This document shows, piece after piece, positions 9,525 to 19,520 of a stretch of DNA of 64,000 bases. This DNA comes from Candidatus Cloacimonadales bacterium. GTDB taxonomy: Bacteria; Cloacimonadota; Cloacimonadia; Cloacimonadales; JAIOQZ01. The translations under genes and the position numbers were made by a program. The first letter of the stretch is position 1. The number at the start of each line of letters is the position of its first letter. Where the stretch lies: the NCBI GenBank assembly GCA_963674825.1, contig OY771587.1:3648001-3712000 (forward strand). The letters are read 5' to 3'. The notes below the pieces were generated by a model. The model was not told where the DNA came from, ran no database searches, and saw only the letters and a list, made by a program, of their open reading frames with translations.

Positions 9525-10691
9525 TCATTTCAGCAGCATTGCTCTCTGAACCCATTGCTCTGAGCCGGAACGAATGCGGAAAAGATAGATTCCGCTCGAG
9601 GTGGTCGTTCCATTATAATCTTTTCCGTCCCAGCGGCAAGTATGGCTGCCGGGAAGCAGTTTTTCATTCATGATCGTGTTGATTTTACGTCCACGCACAT
9701 CGAATACTTCCACCGTGGTGGCAGCAGGAGCATCCAACTCGAAGCTGATAGATGTCTCCGGATTGAACGGATTAGGATAGATGCTTACCCGATGAGACTT
9801 CGAGACGATGATATCCTCGTCTGTTGCAAGCGATACATCGACAATCCAGATATCCTGAGTTCCGCTACGGTTCGAATTAAATGCAATCTGGCTTCCGTTT
9901 GGGCACCAACAGGAATTGCTGTCCATGCCTTCCGATTCAACCAGTGGAATAAAGCTTGGGTTTTGCGGATTATCGAGGTCTGCAACCCATATGTCGCCAC
10001 TACCGTTGCGCTCGGTGTAGAAGCTCAACCAGCGCGAATCGGGTGACCAGGATTCCGGCATATCGATGCCTTCGGATTCGGTCACGCGGATCAGGATGCG
10101 AGTCTGAAGATCGATTAATGCGATCTCTTCGTCACCCCAGCGATCGGTCATAATGGCGAGCCATCTTCCGTCCGGAGACGCAACAGGAGCGCGATCCTGC
10201 GAAGTTGTGTTGGTCAGTTGATAGACGTTGTAGTCACTAAAAAACTTGCGGCAGATATCCCAGTTTTCACCGTCAACCTTCGCCTCGAAGAAAATGGATT
10301 CTCCGTCGCGATCCCAGCAGAAGCGTCCCTCTTCCGTGTTGTCGGAGGTCAAGAGATCGGGATCAGTATCGTCCATATCCTGATACCAGATCTTGCCTAC
10401 ACCGCTACGTCCGGAATTGAACGCGATCTTCTCTGCATCGGGCGAGAAAGCAGGATAGATGTCGTAGCTATCGCTCTGAATGATAATATCCTGATATTCG
10501 CCATCACAGCCGATCAGGAAGATGTGGTTATCGACGTACATATCCGAGGTGATCGCCATGCATTCACCGCATGAAGCCCAACTTGGATCCATGTCTTCTG
10601 TCGGGTAATCGAAAATTCTAGTCTCAACAGCCATCGAAATCGATGACAGGCATACGAACAGGACGATCGCGAATAATCTTGCCTTGCGCAT
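9525..10691 (-). CDS. Secreted TolB-like PD40 beta-propeller protein with FlgD-Ig/T9SS-type C-terminal domain
   Basis: Signal peptide MRKARLFAIVLFVCL. Repeats PAFSPD..IAFNS.R.G, WSPD, WCPNG. YPNPFNPET C-terminal domain. RBS AAAGGAGG before ATG 10691. Confidence 0.85.
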   Translation of the reverse strand: MRKARLFAIVLFVCLSSISMAVETRIFDYPTEDMDPSWASCGECMAITSDMYVDNHIFLIGCDGEYQDIIIQSDSYDIYPAFSPDAEKIAFNSGRSGVGKIWYQDMDDTDPDLLTSDNTEEGRFCWDRDGESIFFEAKVDGENWDICRKFFSDYNVYQLTNTTSQDRAPVASPDGRWLAIMTDRWGDEEIALIDLQTRILIRVTESEGIDMPESWSPDSRWLSFYTERNGSGDIWVADLDNPQNPSFIPLVESEGMDSNSCWCPNGSQIAFNSNRSGTQDIWIVDVSLATDEDIIVSKSHRVSIYPNPFNPETSISFELDAPAATTVEVFDVRGRKINTIMNEKLLPGSHTCRWDGKDYNGTTTSSGIYLFRIRSGSEQWVQRAMLLK

Positions 10692-10751
10692 AATTCCTCC
10701 TTTGTTGTTCACATGCCTCAGAGCTGTGTTTACCGTTCGAAAGTGTTAATA

Positions 10752-10767
10752 TGCAACATGAATGCCA
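10752..10767 (-). promoter_or_regulatory. Putative sigma54 (-24/-12) promoter
   Basis: Minus strand TGGCATTCATGTTGCA has GG-N10-GC spacing, ~60 nt upstream of the PD40 gene start. Confidence 0.6.
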
Positions 10768-10990
10768 ATGCGATTCCTCGTGCCCGAAACCATTATCATG
10801 AGAGTAAATTTAGTTCAGTCGTATCCTTTCAACTCCTTGTTTCGCCGTATTTATGTATCATTTCCGAACACTCGTGTACGTTGCGAATGAACATGCAAAG
10901 TCCGTATCATCTGGATATAGCGCTATATAAATTCGACTCGATGCTAATCCTATCGCCCAAATTATCGGCTACCAGCTCGAAACATGCTGC

Positions 10991-11029
10991 TTGACAGGAA
11001 TCTGATAGATGGTAGCATGTTGCTATCAT
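10991..11029 (+). promoter_or_regulatory. Putative sigma70 promoter with overlapping palindromic operator
   Basis: TTGACA-16nt-TAGCAT. Palindrome ATGGTAGCA-tgt-TGCTATCAT (11009-11029) covers the -10/+1 region. Confidence 0.5.
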
Positions 11030-11048
11030 TCAACATAAAGGTAACGTT

Positions 11049-14045
11049 ATGAGAAAAATAATCGTTCTTTCGCTTCTTGTGCTGTTCGCAACACTCAGCG
11101 CAACACCCATATACATCGCATTCTTGTGGCATATGCATCAGCCCATCTACTGGCCCTATCAATCGGTTACGGAAACACAGGCTCACGGCTACTACAGCTA
11201 TTCGCTGTTCGATATCTTCAACCAGCGTTACGGCCCTTATACTTACTGGCCTAAAGACGCCGTGCAGTCGGGCATCAATGCCGGTTTCACCCATTTCGGC
11301 GCACAGGTGAGTTTTTCGGGCTCTCTCATCGAAAACCTGAACGACCTTGAAGCCTATGGAAATGGTAATTTCCAGAACTGGAAATCGAACTGGGAATACA
11401 TCAAGAATCAGCAGACATCGCTTGGCAATCCGCGCATCGACATGGTTGGCTTTGGCTATCATCACCCGCTAATGGGACTGATCGATTACAACGATATCCG
11501 CCGCCAAATCCAGGCGCATCGCAACATGCTGAACGCGAATTTCACGGGCAGTTATTCCTCGGGGATCTTCCCGCCGGAATGCGCTTTCTCGCTGAAGATG
11601 ATCCCCGCGCTGACCGATGAAAACCTCGATTGGACGCTGATCGATAACATCCACCTCGAACGTGCCTGCGAAGACTATCCCTTCAATACCGGCGGTAACC
11701 TCTACGAGCCCAATCAAGCCGATGTCCTGAATCCAAATCCGGGCGACTGGCAGCAGCTTAACGGACTCTGGGCGCCAACGCAGGTTTCGCTGCAATGGGC
11801 TCACACACCGCACCGCGTGAAGTACATCGATCCCGCATCCGGAGCCGAAAGCAGCATAATCGCCGTTCCGGCATCGCGCTATCTCGGTACGGAAGACGCA
11901 CGTGGAGGCTTTGGCGCGCTCAATTACGACAACGTCATGAGCCAGTTTGAAGACGCCAATACCGACTCCGAACACCCTATCCTCATCGTTCTTCACCACG
12001 ATGGCGATAACTACGGCGGTGGTACGGATTCCTATTATTACAGCAACTTCAGCCAGTTTATAAGCTGGCTGCAAGATAATCCCGATCGCTTTGTCTGCAC
12101 TACGATCGCAGACTATCTTGAAATGTTCCCACCTGAAAACGACGATTACATCCACGTCGAATCGGGAAGCTGGAGTGGCGCTGACAACGGAGATCCAGAA
12201 TTTCTAAAGTGGAACGGCAATCCCTACAACGGATATAGTCCCGACCGCAATAGCTGGGGCGTTATCACAGCCGCGAAGAACATCGTCCAAACCGCTGAGG
12301 ATAACGATCCCAACAACAACGGAACCATCGACGGCTGGACCTACCTCATGAACGCAGAAACAAGCTGTTACTGGTATTGGGATGGTTCTCAGAACGGCAT
12401 ATGGGACTCTCATCCCACCCGTGGCGCTAACCTCGCCGTAAGCGCAGCATTGCCCGTCGCGCAATCGGGAAACGACCAGACTCCACCGACAATCTACCAG
12501 CCTCAACGTGAGCCCTATAACCCTGGCGGAATGGAATGGAACCAACCCCAATCCTCCGATTTCACTGTCTGGAGCTACGTTTATGATTTGAATGGTCTGA
12601 ACAACGTCATCCTCAAATACCGCATCGATAACGACGGGGTTAACTCCACCGAGAATGACGATAATGAAACCTACGAAGGTGGATCGGATGTTGGTAACTG
12701 GACTTGGGTCTATATGACATCGACTTGGATCGAGCCTCAAACCGAACCCGAGCCATTCTACAAAGCTAATGAATATTCTGGGCAAATCACCGGATTGAAT
12801 GATGTCCTGGTTGACTATTATATCGAAGCGATCGATCAGTACAACAATACCTCACGCTCGACGATCGAACATGTTTACGTGGGTTCGTCGTCCGGCGGAT
12901 CGTATATCAGCTGGGATCCAGTCAATCCCGATGAAGACGACGAGATCACCATTACCGTTACAGGCGTGACCCAAGGTGCATCGCTGCACTGGGGTGTCAA
13001 TCAGCAGGGCAGTACATGGCAGACTCCGAATGGAGTCTACTGGCCGGCTGGATCATCATTGTACAATGGCACCGGTCCTGCCGTGGAATCACCCTTTGTC
13101 GGACCTGATAACGACGGTAATCTGACCATCTCCATAGGGCCGTTCAACAATGAAGCACAGGATGTCAGTTCTTTAGCGTTCGTCTTGCATTGGGACGACA
13201 ATACTTGGGATAATAATGAAGGTAACGACTTCAACATCACCATTAGCGGTGGTGGCGGAAGCGAGACCTACATCATGGACGGCCAGCTCGATGATGGTGC
13301 GCAAATCCTCGCATCGGATGGCAACTATACCCTCTACTACGCCTTCAATGGCGTGGAACTCTACCTCGCTACTGCTGCGGCACAAGTCACCGGAAGCGAC
13401 ACGTTTATCTTTGTGTCGTCCGATCCGGGCAGCATGACGGACGCTCCCTGGGCCAAGAATGGACAGGTAGCACAGTGGGATGCCTATATGGCCAATGAAA
13501 GCACGAACAACTACGCGACCTGGACCGACCAGAACGCGCTTACTTCTATCGCTGTGGGTAGCTATTTGGAAGGAATCATCAATGTTTCCGGCGAGTGGCA
13601 AGGCGCAACAGAGCTTTATGCAGCGCTCGGTCTCTATCACACGAACGACAATGGCGAGCTTGTTCATCAGGCACCAGCAGGTAACAATGACAGCAATCTC
13701 GATGCAAACGAATACCAGGTCTTCGACCTCGATATCACTTCAAACGATTCACCCGATATCGCTGAGTCAGTGCTGATACTGCACCAGAATGCGCCTAATC
13801 CGTTCAATCCGGAGACGACCATCAGCTTTTCGATCCCGCAAGATGGCATGGCAAAGCTGGAAGTATATAACATCAGAGGTCAGAAGGTTCGCACCCTGCT
13901 GAATCGTCATATGAAGAAAGGCGAGCACAAAACCGTATGGAATGGTCTTGATGATATGGGTAAGGCTTCTGCAAGCGGAAATTATCTGTATAAACTTCAG
14001 GTTTCAGATAAAATATATACCCGTAAGATGCTGCTGTTGAAATAA
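11049..14045 (+). CDS. Secreted glycoside hydrolase family 57 (amylopullulanase/alpha-amylase-like) with accessory carbohydrate-binding-like domains and FlgD-Ig/T9SS-type C-terminal domain
   Basis: Signal peptide. WHMHQPIY (GH57 CSR1), FPPECAF (nucleophile region), HDGDN. LHWG...WDNNEGNDF starch-binding-like module. NAPNPFNPET C-terminal domain. Confidence 0.85.
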   Translation: MRKIIVLSLLVLFATLSATPIYIAFLWHMHQPIYWPYQSVTETQAHGYYSYSLFDIFNQRYGPYTYWPKDAVQSGINAGFTHFGAQVSFSGSLIENLNDLEAYGNGNFQNWKSNWEYIKNQQTSLGNPRIDMVGFGYHHPLMGLIDYNDIRRQIQAHRNMLNANFTGSYSSGIFPPECAFSLKMIPALTDENLDWTLIDNIHLERACEDYPFNTGGNLYEPNQADVLNPNPGDWQQLNGLWAPTQVSLQWAHTPHRVKYIDPASGAESSIIAVPASRYLGTEDARGGFGALNYDNVMSQFEDANTDSEHPILIVLHHDGDNYGGGTDSYYYSNFSQFISWLQDNPDRFVCTTIADYLEMFPPENDDYIHVESGSWSGADNGDPEFLKWNGNPYNGYSPDRNSWGVITAAKNIVQTAEDNDPNNNGTIDGWTYLMNAETSCYWYWDGSQNGIWDSHPTRGANLAVSAALPVAQSGNDQTPPTIYQPQREPYNPGGMEWNQPQSSDFTVWSYVYDLNGLNNVILKYRIDNDGVNSTENDDNETYEGGSDVGNWTWVYMTSTWIEPQTEPEPFYKANEYSGQITGLNDVLVDYYIEAIDQYNNTSRSTIEHVYVGSSSGGSYISWDPVNPDEDDEITITVTGVTQGASLHWGVNQQGSTWQTPNGVYWPAGSSLYNGTGPAVESPFVGPDNDGNLTISIGPFNNEAQDVSSLAFVLHWDDNTWDNNEGNDFNITISGGGGSETYIMDGQLDDGAQILASDGNYTLYYAFNGVELYLATAAAQVTGSDTFIFVSSDPGSMTDAPWAKNGQVAQWDAYMANESTNNYATWTDQNALTSIAVGSYLEGIINVSGEWQGATELYAALGLYHTNDNGELVHQAPAGNNDSNLDANEYQVFDLDITSNDSPDIAESVLILHQNAPNPFNPETTISFSIPQDGMAKLEVYNIRGQKVRTLLNRHMKKGEHKTVWNGLDDMGKASASGNYLYKLQVSDKIYTRKMLLLK

Positions 14046-14067
14046 TTTATCTTGTAAGATATATTAG

Positions 14068-14119
14068 AGAATAGCCGATTGTCTTTGAGCTTTGCTCGAG
14101 ATGATACGGCTATTCTTTT
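14068..14119 (+). terminator. Intrinsic terminator (long stem)
   Basis: AGAATAGCCG...CGGCTATTCT followed by TTT. Confidence 0.65.
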
Positions 14120-14210
14120 GCTGCTCAGAAATCGTTAAAACTTCATTACAACAAGTGCATAGCAAATTATCTTCTTGACAACTACCGCGCTGAAATTCTC
14201 ACATTGATGC

Positions 14211-14705
14211 ATGAATAACACGTATAACAAACTCGCAAGACCAAGCTGGCAACAGTACTTCATCGAAATGGCGTTTCTGGTGTCGAAGCGCTCAACGTGC
14301 CTCCGTCGTGCGGTTGGCGCAGTGATCGTTCGCGACAACCAAATCCTTTCGACCGGCTACAATGGCGCACCGAAGCTCGTAAGACATTGCTCTCAGACAG
14401 GATGTCTGCGCCAGACTATGAACATCCCCTCTGGTGAACGGCATGAACTTTGCCGTGGTGTACACGCGGAGCAAAACGCAATTATCCAGGCTGCCGTCAA
14501 TGGTACGTCAATCAAAGGCGCGACGCTCTATTGCACCACACAACCCTGCATTATCTGTACTAAAATGATTATCAACTCGGAGATCAATAACATATACATT
14601 GCGGAAAGGTATCCGGATATCATGGCCCAGGAGATGCTTCAGGAAGCTGGCGTCTCGTTGATCATGGTGAACAGGGAAACAGGCGAATTGGAGAAGATTC
14701 TGTAA
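14211..14705 (+). CDS. dCMP deaminase (ComEB-like)
   Basis: [25 protein letters not shown] and QPCIIC zinc-deaminase motifs. Confidence 0.9.
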   Translation: MNNTYNKLARPSWQQYFIEMAFLVSKRSTCLRRAVGAVIVRDNQILSTGYNGAPKLVRHCSQTGCLRQTMNIPSGERHELCRGVHAEQNAIIQAAVNGTSIKGATLYCTTQPCIICTKMIINSEINNIYIAERYPDIMAQEMLQEAGVSLIMVNRETGELEKIL

Positions 14706-14719
14706 CCAGGAGTGACTAA

Positions 14720-15133
14720 ATGGGGTTTCAACAGATCTTGCTGATTTCATTAAGCGTAATTCTTGTCGGCATAGCAATTTCCGTAGGTATGAACATCTTT
14801 AGAGCCAACCTGCTCGATAACAACAAAGACGCGATTATCAACGATCTTTCCAATCTCTCATCCCGATGCTACATCTTCCGTGTAAAGCCACGGGAAATCG
14901 ACGGAGGCGGCGGCAGCTATTCCGGCCTGGAAGAAATGGATTTAGGGACATTCGAGATATTGGATAACTCGAATGCTACTTATGAGTTAACCGAAGTCGA
15001 TGCCGATCAGGTTATACTCACAGCAACCGGCAAGCAAGGGAAAACACCCTGGATTATTTCTTGTACGGTTGACGATATCGGCTCAAACAGCTTCTCCGTG
15101 ATCCAATCGGCAAATTTCGAAATAGCCCGTTAA
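14720..15133 (+). CDS. Small pilin-like membrane-anchored protein
   Basis: [23 protein letters not shown] hydrophobic N-terminal helix followed by a small globular domain. RBS AGGAG. Confidence 0.5.
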   Translation: MGFQQILLISLSVILVGIAISVGMNIFRANLLDNNKDAIINDLSNLSSRCYIFRVKPREIDGGGGSYSGLEEMDLGTFEILDNSNATYELTEVDADQVILTATGKQGKTPWIISCTVDDIGSNSFSVIQSANFEIAR

Positions 15134-15579
15134 TTTTCCACATCCCGTTCGAGAATAATCGTTACCGGTCCATCGTTGACCAGCTTCACCTGCATAAACG
15201 CGCCAAAGACGCCCGTATTCACTCTTACGCTCATATCACGTACCCGTTGCACGAAATCCTCGTACAACCGTTCTGCTTTCTCTGGTTCTGCCGCATCGAT
15301 AAAATCGGGACGACGGCCTTTCTTACAGCGAGCGTAGAGCGTAAACTGCGACACAACGAGCATTTCGCCGCCAATATCCATCAGGCTTTTATTCATCTTA
15401 CCGTTCTCGTCTTCGAAAATGCGCAGTTCGGTCGTCTTTTTCACCAGCCACGGGATCACACTTTCATCATCGCCGTGCGTCACACCAAGTAGCACTAAAA
15501 GTCCGTTGCCTATCTCCCCTACCGTCTTGCCATCGACCTCGACGCTCGCTTCCGATACGCGTTGCAATACAAGCTTCAT
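15130..15579 (-). CDS. dtd: D-aminoacyl-tRNA deacylase
   Basis: [13 protein letters not shown] and NDGPVT motifs. ATG at 15579 overlaps the upstream TGA (ATGA). Confidence 0.95.
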   Translation of the reverse strand: MKLVLQRVSEASVEVDGKTVGEIGNGLLVLLGVTHGDDESVIPWLVKKTTELRIFEDENGKMNKSLMDIGGEMLVVSQFTLYARCKKGRRPDFIDAAEPEKAERLYEDFVQRVRDMSVRVNTGVFGAFMQVKLVNDGPVTIILERDVEN

Positions 15580-16211
15580 CTCTTCTTCCTCACAGCTTTG
15601 CAGATACCCGCCAGGACGCATCCGCCGCATATCGGCGTGACACGGCAATGCTCCTTCGCATGTCGTACGATCAGAGCATGATATTCGTTGTAGAGCCGAA
15701 CATCTTCACTCAACGTATCCATAAACATCCTCCGAACATCCTCATATTTATCATCCGGCTCGATCAGGCCCAATCGCGAAAAGATGCGCTTCGTATAGGT
15801 ATCCACAACGAACGTCGGCATCTCGAGCGCATAGAGCAGAATCGAATCCGCTGTCTCTGGTCCTACGCCATGCAGTGAAAGCAGATTCGCTCTGGACTCA
15901 TTCAACGGCAAAGCGCGATATGCTCCGATGTCCAGCCCAGACGCAACAGCCTGCAAACGTCTGGCCTTCACGTTGAAATAACCTGCCGGACGAATCATCT
16001 CGGCAAGCTCAGACGGCTGCAAACCACGGATTGCGTTCAGCGTACAGCAATCCTTTTCCTTCAGGTTTGCTATCGCCTTCTCGACGTTCTTCCAGTTGGT
16101 GTTTTGCGTTAGAACCGCACCAATAATGATTTCTTCAGTCGTATCGGCTGGCCACCATTATTGTGGTCCATAGGCATTGAAAAGGGATGTAAAGATTTGT
16201 TGCAGCTTCAT
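15576..16211 (-). pseudogene. Endonuclease III-related HhH-GPD protein with in-frame TAA at codon 18
   Basis: ATG 16211 reads MKLQQIFTSLFNAYGPQ*WWPADTTEEIIIGAVLTQNTNWKNVEKA, in frame with GVGPETADSILLYA...VVDTY...C-x5-C-x2-C-x5-C. TAA at 16160-16158. Confidence 0.8.
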
Positions 16212-17728
16212 TGCAGTGTGAGAATCAGAACAGGTATCGAATCAGATAAAAATACCGGCTCCGATTCGAGCCAGCTATCGAACTTCCTTTCGTCCGGGAA
16301 GACGCGGTTGTTGTGAACCAGCAGAGCCTGGCTTGTATCGAGATCTGCACTGAATTGTACGCGATCGTCTGATTGCACCAGGTCGGGATTGACGATATGC
16401 CATGTGAGATCGACATCCAGCGCAAAATGGCTGTTTCCGCCCATGTGCAGCGTCAGGAAAGCCTCGTAGCCAGATGTGAGTACGATACGTGAACTGCTGA
16501 GAACCGGGACGCCTGTCTTGTAGGCTTTGCGCTTCATCTCACGGCAATATTCCTTCTGATGGATCGGAAGTGAAGCCCGTACAGCATCGCCGGAATCGAC
16601 ACGATTAAGCTTTTCGAGTTCGGACACAGAAAGAACTGCCTCGCCATCTGCGTTCCAGCCGATTTTGCGGAAATCTTCCGGTTTCAGCATGACAGTTTGC
16701 ATACGGATCGTAGTTTCCACGGTTGGAGCGTCGTAGCGGGAAACGAGTGAATCGACCAGCGATACTTGTTCGCGTGGCAGGTATATATCGAGCTTGTTAC
16801 TGCGTCGGTCCGGTAAGATGAAATGGTTTTCCGGCAGGAAGAAATCAAGCGCGACCTTCATGTCCATTACATCGATGTTCCGCAGATAGACCGCGTAAAG
16901 CGTGTAATCATCCTCGTTGGCTTGTTCCTGTTTCTGATGCGAGACGATGACAGAGCTGTCTTTCACGTAGAAGGAAAGTCCCTGGCTTTGCAGCACCATC
17001 TCGAAGGCTTCCGATATACGCTGGTTTTTTATACTGAGCGTTACCTGACGATCGAGCGTTCCATCCGGCACAATATCCATGTTGCTGCGCTTGGAGAAAT
17101 AGCGTAAAACCTGCTGGAGTGGTACCTCGAAGAGGTCGAGATAGAGCTCGCGATCATCAGGGAAGATGGTCCTCAACGCTTCATTGTCATACTGGAATGC
17201 GCTGGGCTTTTGCATGGCAACAGGAACAGTTTGTGTGGTGCCAACGCGTCGGATCACCGGCTTGGTTACAACCGTATCGGATCGTGGTGTAACTATAGGC
17301 GTCTCATTCGCAATCGGTTTACCGCGCAGGGTCAGAACCAATCGCACGGGATCTTCGGTGAGGTTATCTGTGTGAGATTCGTATGTTCCCTCGAAATAGA
17401 TGGCAACGCTGAGGATATCCTGCTCCTGCTTGAGCTCGAGCATTGATATCAAACCGTTATGTATCTCGAAACGGTTCTGGGGAACCTGCGAGTGTGCGTT
17501 CATGATGTTGATACGCACTTGTCCGTCGGTTCTTTCGGCGGAATATTCGATCGGATGGTTGAATTCGAAGATGATGCGGCATTCATCGGCGTCGCGAGTA
17601 TCGGACGCGATGAATTCACCCAGGACGTACGATCCGTATCGAATATCGATCAGATCGGCGGTCCAGGCGTTCAGTAGCGTAACAGCCAATAGGATATTTA
17701 CGGCAAACGCCTGTTTCATCTTCCTCAA
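16208..17728 (-). CDS. Divergent PilQ/secretin-like protein (AMIN-like, STN/N0, secretin N-domain, short atypical C-region)
   Basis: Signal peptide. DPVRLVLTL AMIN-like end. LDLFEVPLQQVLRYFS...VTLSIKN STN domain. PDRRSNKLDI...YDAP N-domain. Start at TTG 17728 or ATG 17719. Confidence 0.6.
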   Translation of the reverse strand: MRKMKQAFAVNILLAVTLLNAWTADLIDIRYGSYVLGEFIASDTRDADECRIIFEFNHPIEYSAERTDGQVRINIMNAHSQVPQNRFEIHNGLISMLELKQEQDILSVAIYFEGTYESHTDNLTEDPVRLVLTLRGKPIANETPIVTPRSDTVVTKPVIRRVGTTQTVPVAMQKPSAFQYDNEALRTIFPDDRELYLDLFEVPLQQVLRYFSKRSNMDIVPDGTLDRQVTLSIKNQRISEAFEMVLQSQGLSFYVKDSSVIVSHQKQEQANEDDYTLYAVYLRNIDVMDMKVALDFFLPENHFILPDRRSNKLDIYLPREQVSLVDSLVSRYDAPTVETTIRMQTVMLKPEDFRKIGWNADGEAVLSVSELEKLNRVDSGDAVRASLPIHQKEYCREMKRKAYKTGVPVLSSSRIVLTSGYEAFLTLHMGGNSHFALDVDLTWHIVNPDLVQSDDRVQFSADLDTSQALLVHNNRVFPDERKFDSWLESEPVFLSDSIPVLILTLQ

Positions 17729-18225
17729 TTGACGTTATTAAGATGTATGGTCGTGCCACCGCGTTTCAGGATGATATGGTTGCGGTGGATGCTTTCAACT
17801 TTCATGTCCTCGACGTTGTCTCCAACGCGATACGCGTCGGTCTTGCCTTCTTTACGTAAATAAACGACAGGTTCCTTGCCTCTTTCGATGATGACACCGT
17901 TTATCTCGAAACCGTTATAGGTATTCATATATTTCACGTTGTCAAGCTGAGTCTTCTTCTTTGCTGCCGCGGGAGCCTGCTGTTGCGGTTCATTCGTGGA
18001 TATCGGATCAGCTGAAGTAAGCTGTGCATCGCTCTCGCCGCTGGCAACAGTGTCGCGGTGAACTACCACGACTTCCTGCCGCACCTGCATATGTTGTGTC
18101 GCCGAACGGATACCGTAGATCAGAATCGCGATACCGATTATGGCTGCGATCGCGATAATGAACCACTTGAACGTGTTATTCATTTTCTCGGCAGATTCAA
18201 TCAAATTGGTTCGATATTTTCCCAT
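17725..18225 (-). CDS. PilP/GspC-HR-like bitopic membrane protein
   Basis: Single TM, low-complexity linker, then FEINGVI...YRVGDNVEDMKVESIHRNHIIL beta domain. Lies between pilM and the secretin-like gene. RBS GAGGT before ATG 18225. Confidence 0.55.
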   Translation of the reverse strand: MGKYRTNLIESAEKMNNTFKWFIIAIAAIIGIAILIYGIRSATQHMQVRQEVVVVHRDTVASGESDAQLTSADPISTNEPQQQAPAAAKKKTQLDNVKYMNTYNGFEINGVIIERGKEPVVYLRKEGKTDAYRVGDNVEDMKVESIHRNHIILKRGGTTIHLNNVN

Positions 18226-18229
18226 ACTT

Positions 18230-19228
18230 TTACCTCGTAAATAATCCGTAAGCGGCTGCAAACACGTTCTTCTCATCTGTTCCGATATTGATGTCTTCTG
18301 GGAAAGGATCGAAGAGTTCAGGTGCATCACCCAGTACCTTCTCCAGGCAAAGCTGGAACGCGCGATTGCGAACGATTCCACCCGAGATGTAAACCTTCAA
18401 TTTCGGGTGTTCGTTACGTATCTGATCGATATTGGTCTTCACTTTCGCCATAAGCTCGTGATAAAGATTCATCGGCGTGAACTGAGCGATTTTGCGATAA
18501 TAATCATTGGTCAGCATGATCAGGGTTTGGGCCTCGATCAAGCTTAGCCGGGTATTACTTGTAATCTGCTCCGCTACGTGCATCATGCCGTAGGGGATAA
18601 CGTGGATCGTATGTAATTGCATATTTTTGATAAAGATCAGGCTCGTTTTCGAGCAACCGAAATCGATCAGAACGTTACATTCTTCGGGAGCGGATCGACG
18701 CTCCAGGGCGTTGGCGATACAGAGCGCGTCAAAGTCCACTACTTTCGCATTCAGACCTGTTGACCGAAGCAATTCCAGCAGGAAATCGAATGGTTCATTC
18801 AAGTATGAATAGAGAATCACTTCCGCTTCACCGGTACCATGATCGTAGTTCACAATCTCGTAATTCGTCTCGAAACCTTCCTTCGCGAGCTTCTCCAGAT
18901 AGATCTGTGACTGAATGCGTACTCGTTTCATCGAGGGGGCTTTGATACGATTCACGAAAATGTGCGAAAACAGACTATTGAACGTAAACATAAAGGTCGT
19001 CTTCTTAGGCAACCGGAAAGCAAGTTCTTCCAGATCCTTGCAGATAATGATAAAGTTGCGCTTATAGACTTCCTTAAGAGTTTCGGACGATACTTTATTT
19101 GTTTGTAGCAATTCGTTGGAATAGGGATGCACAACACCGTTTTCCACAACCATCAGATCCCGCTTCTTCCAGCCGTGGATCATCTTGAGGGAATGGATCC
19201 CAATGTCAACTGCCGCTATATGTTCCAC
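18230..19228 (-). CDS. pilM: PilM-like actin-fold type IV pilus assembly protein
   Basis: VDIGIHSLKM, VVDFDALCIANA, LIDFGCSKT, VYISGG, FAAAYGL. GTG start after AAGGAG. Confidence 0.7.
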   Translation of the reverse strand: MEHIAAVDIGIHSLKMIHGWKKRDLMVVENGVVHPYSNELLQTNKVSSETLKEVYKRNFIIICKDLEELAFRLPKKTTFMFTFNSLFSHIFVNRIKAPSMKRVRIQSQIYLEKLAKEGFETNYEIVNYDHGTGEAEVILYSYLNEPFDFLLELLRSTGLNAKVVDFDALCIANALERRSAPEECNVLIDFGCSKTSLIFIKNMQLHTIHVIPYGMMHVAEQITSNTRLSLIEAQTLIMLTNDYYRKIAQFTPMNLYHELMAKVKTNIDQIRNEHPKLKVYISGGIVRNRAFQLCLEKVLGDAPELFDPFPEDINIGTDEKNVFAAAYGLFTR

Positions 19229-19520
19229 TTAGGCATCTCCTTCGGATAAATGCAATATATCCTATTACGATTTTAAGGCATTGGATGTCAAGTAAATATG
19301 GACAATCTCATAAAAAACTTACTGCGAACTTTTTCCCACATTCTTCAAAACATATTTTAGAGGAACGCCCGGATACTGTCAACCCATCTTGATGCCTGAT
19401 GGCTGAAAAATCCAGGAAATTCGCGTTCATGAATATGAAATCGCCTGATAAAGCTTATTGGAAAAACATTTCATTGACGGAATCCTGCGTGTGACATGAA
19501 TCGTTGTCGAGGTTAACATT

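Noticed and set aside
10713..10994. 93 aa intergenic ORF
   Set aside because: It overlaps the divergent promoter elements and has no RBS or motifs.
16158..16160. Alternative genetic code or programmed readthrough at the internal TAA
   Set aside because: TAA is the normal stop of many genes in the window, and no second example was found.
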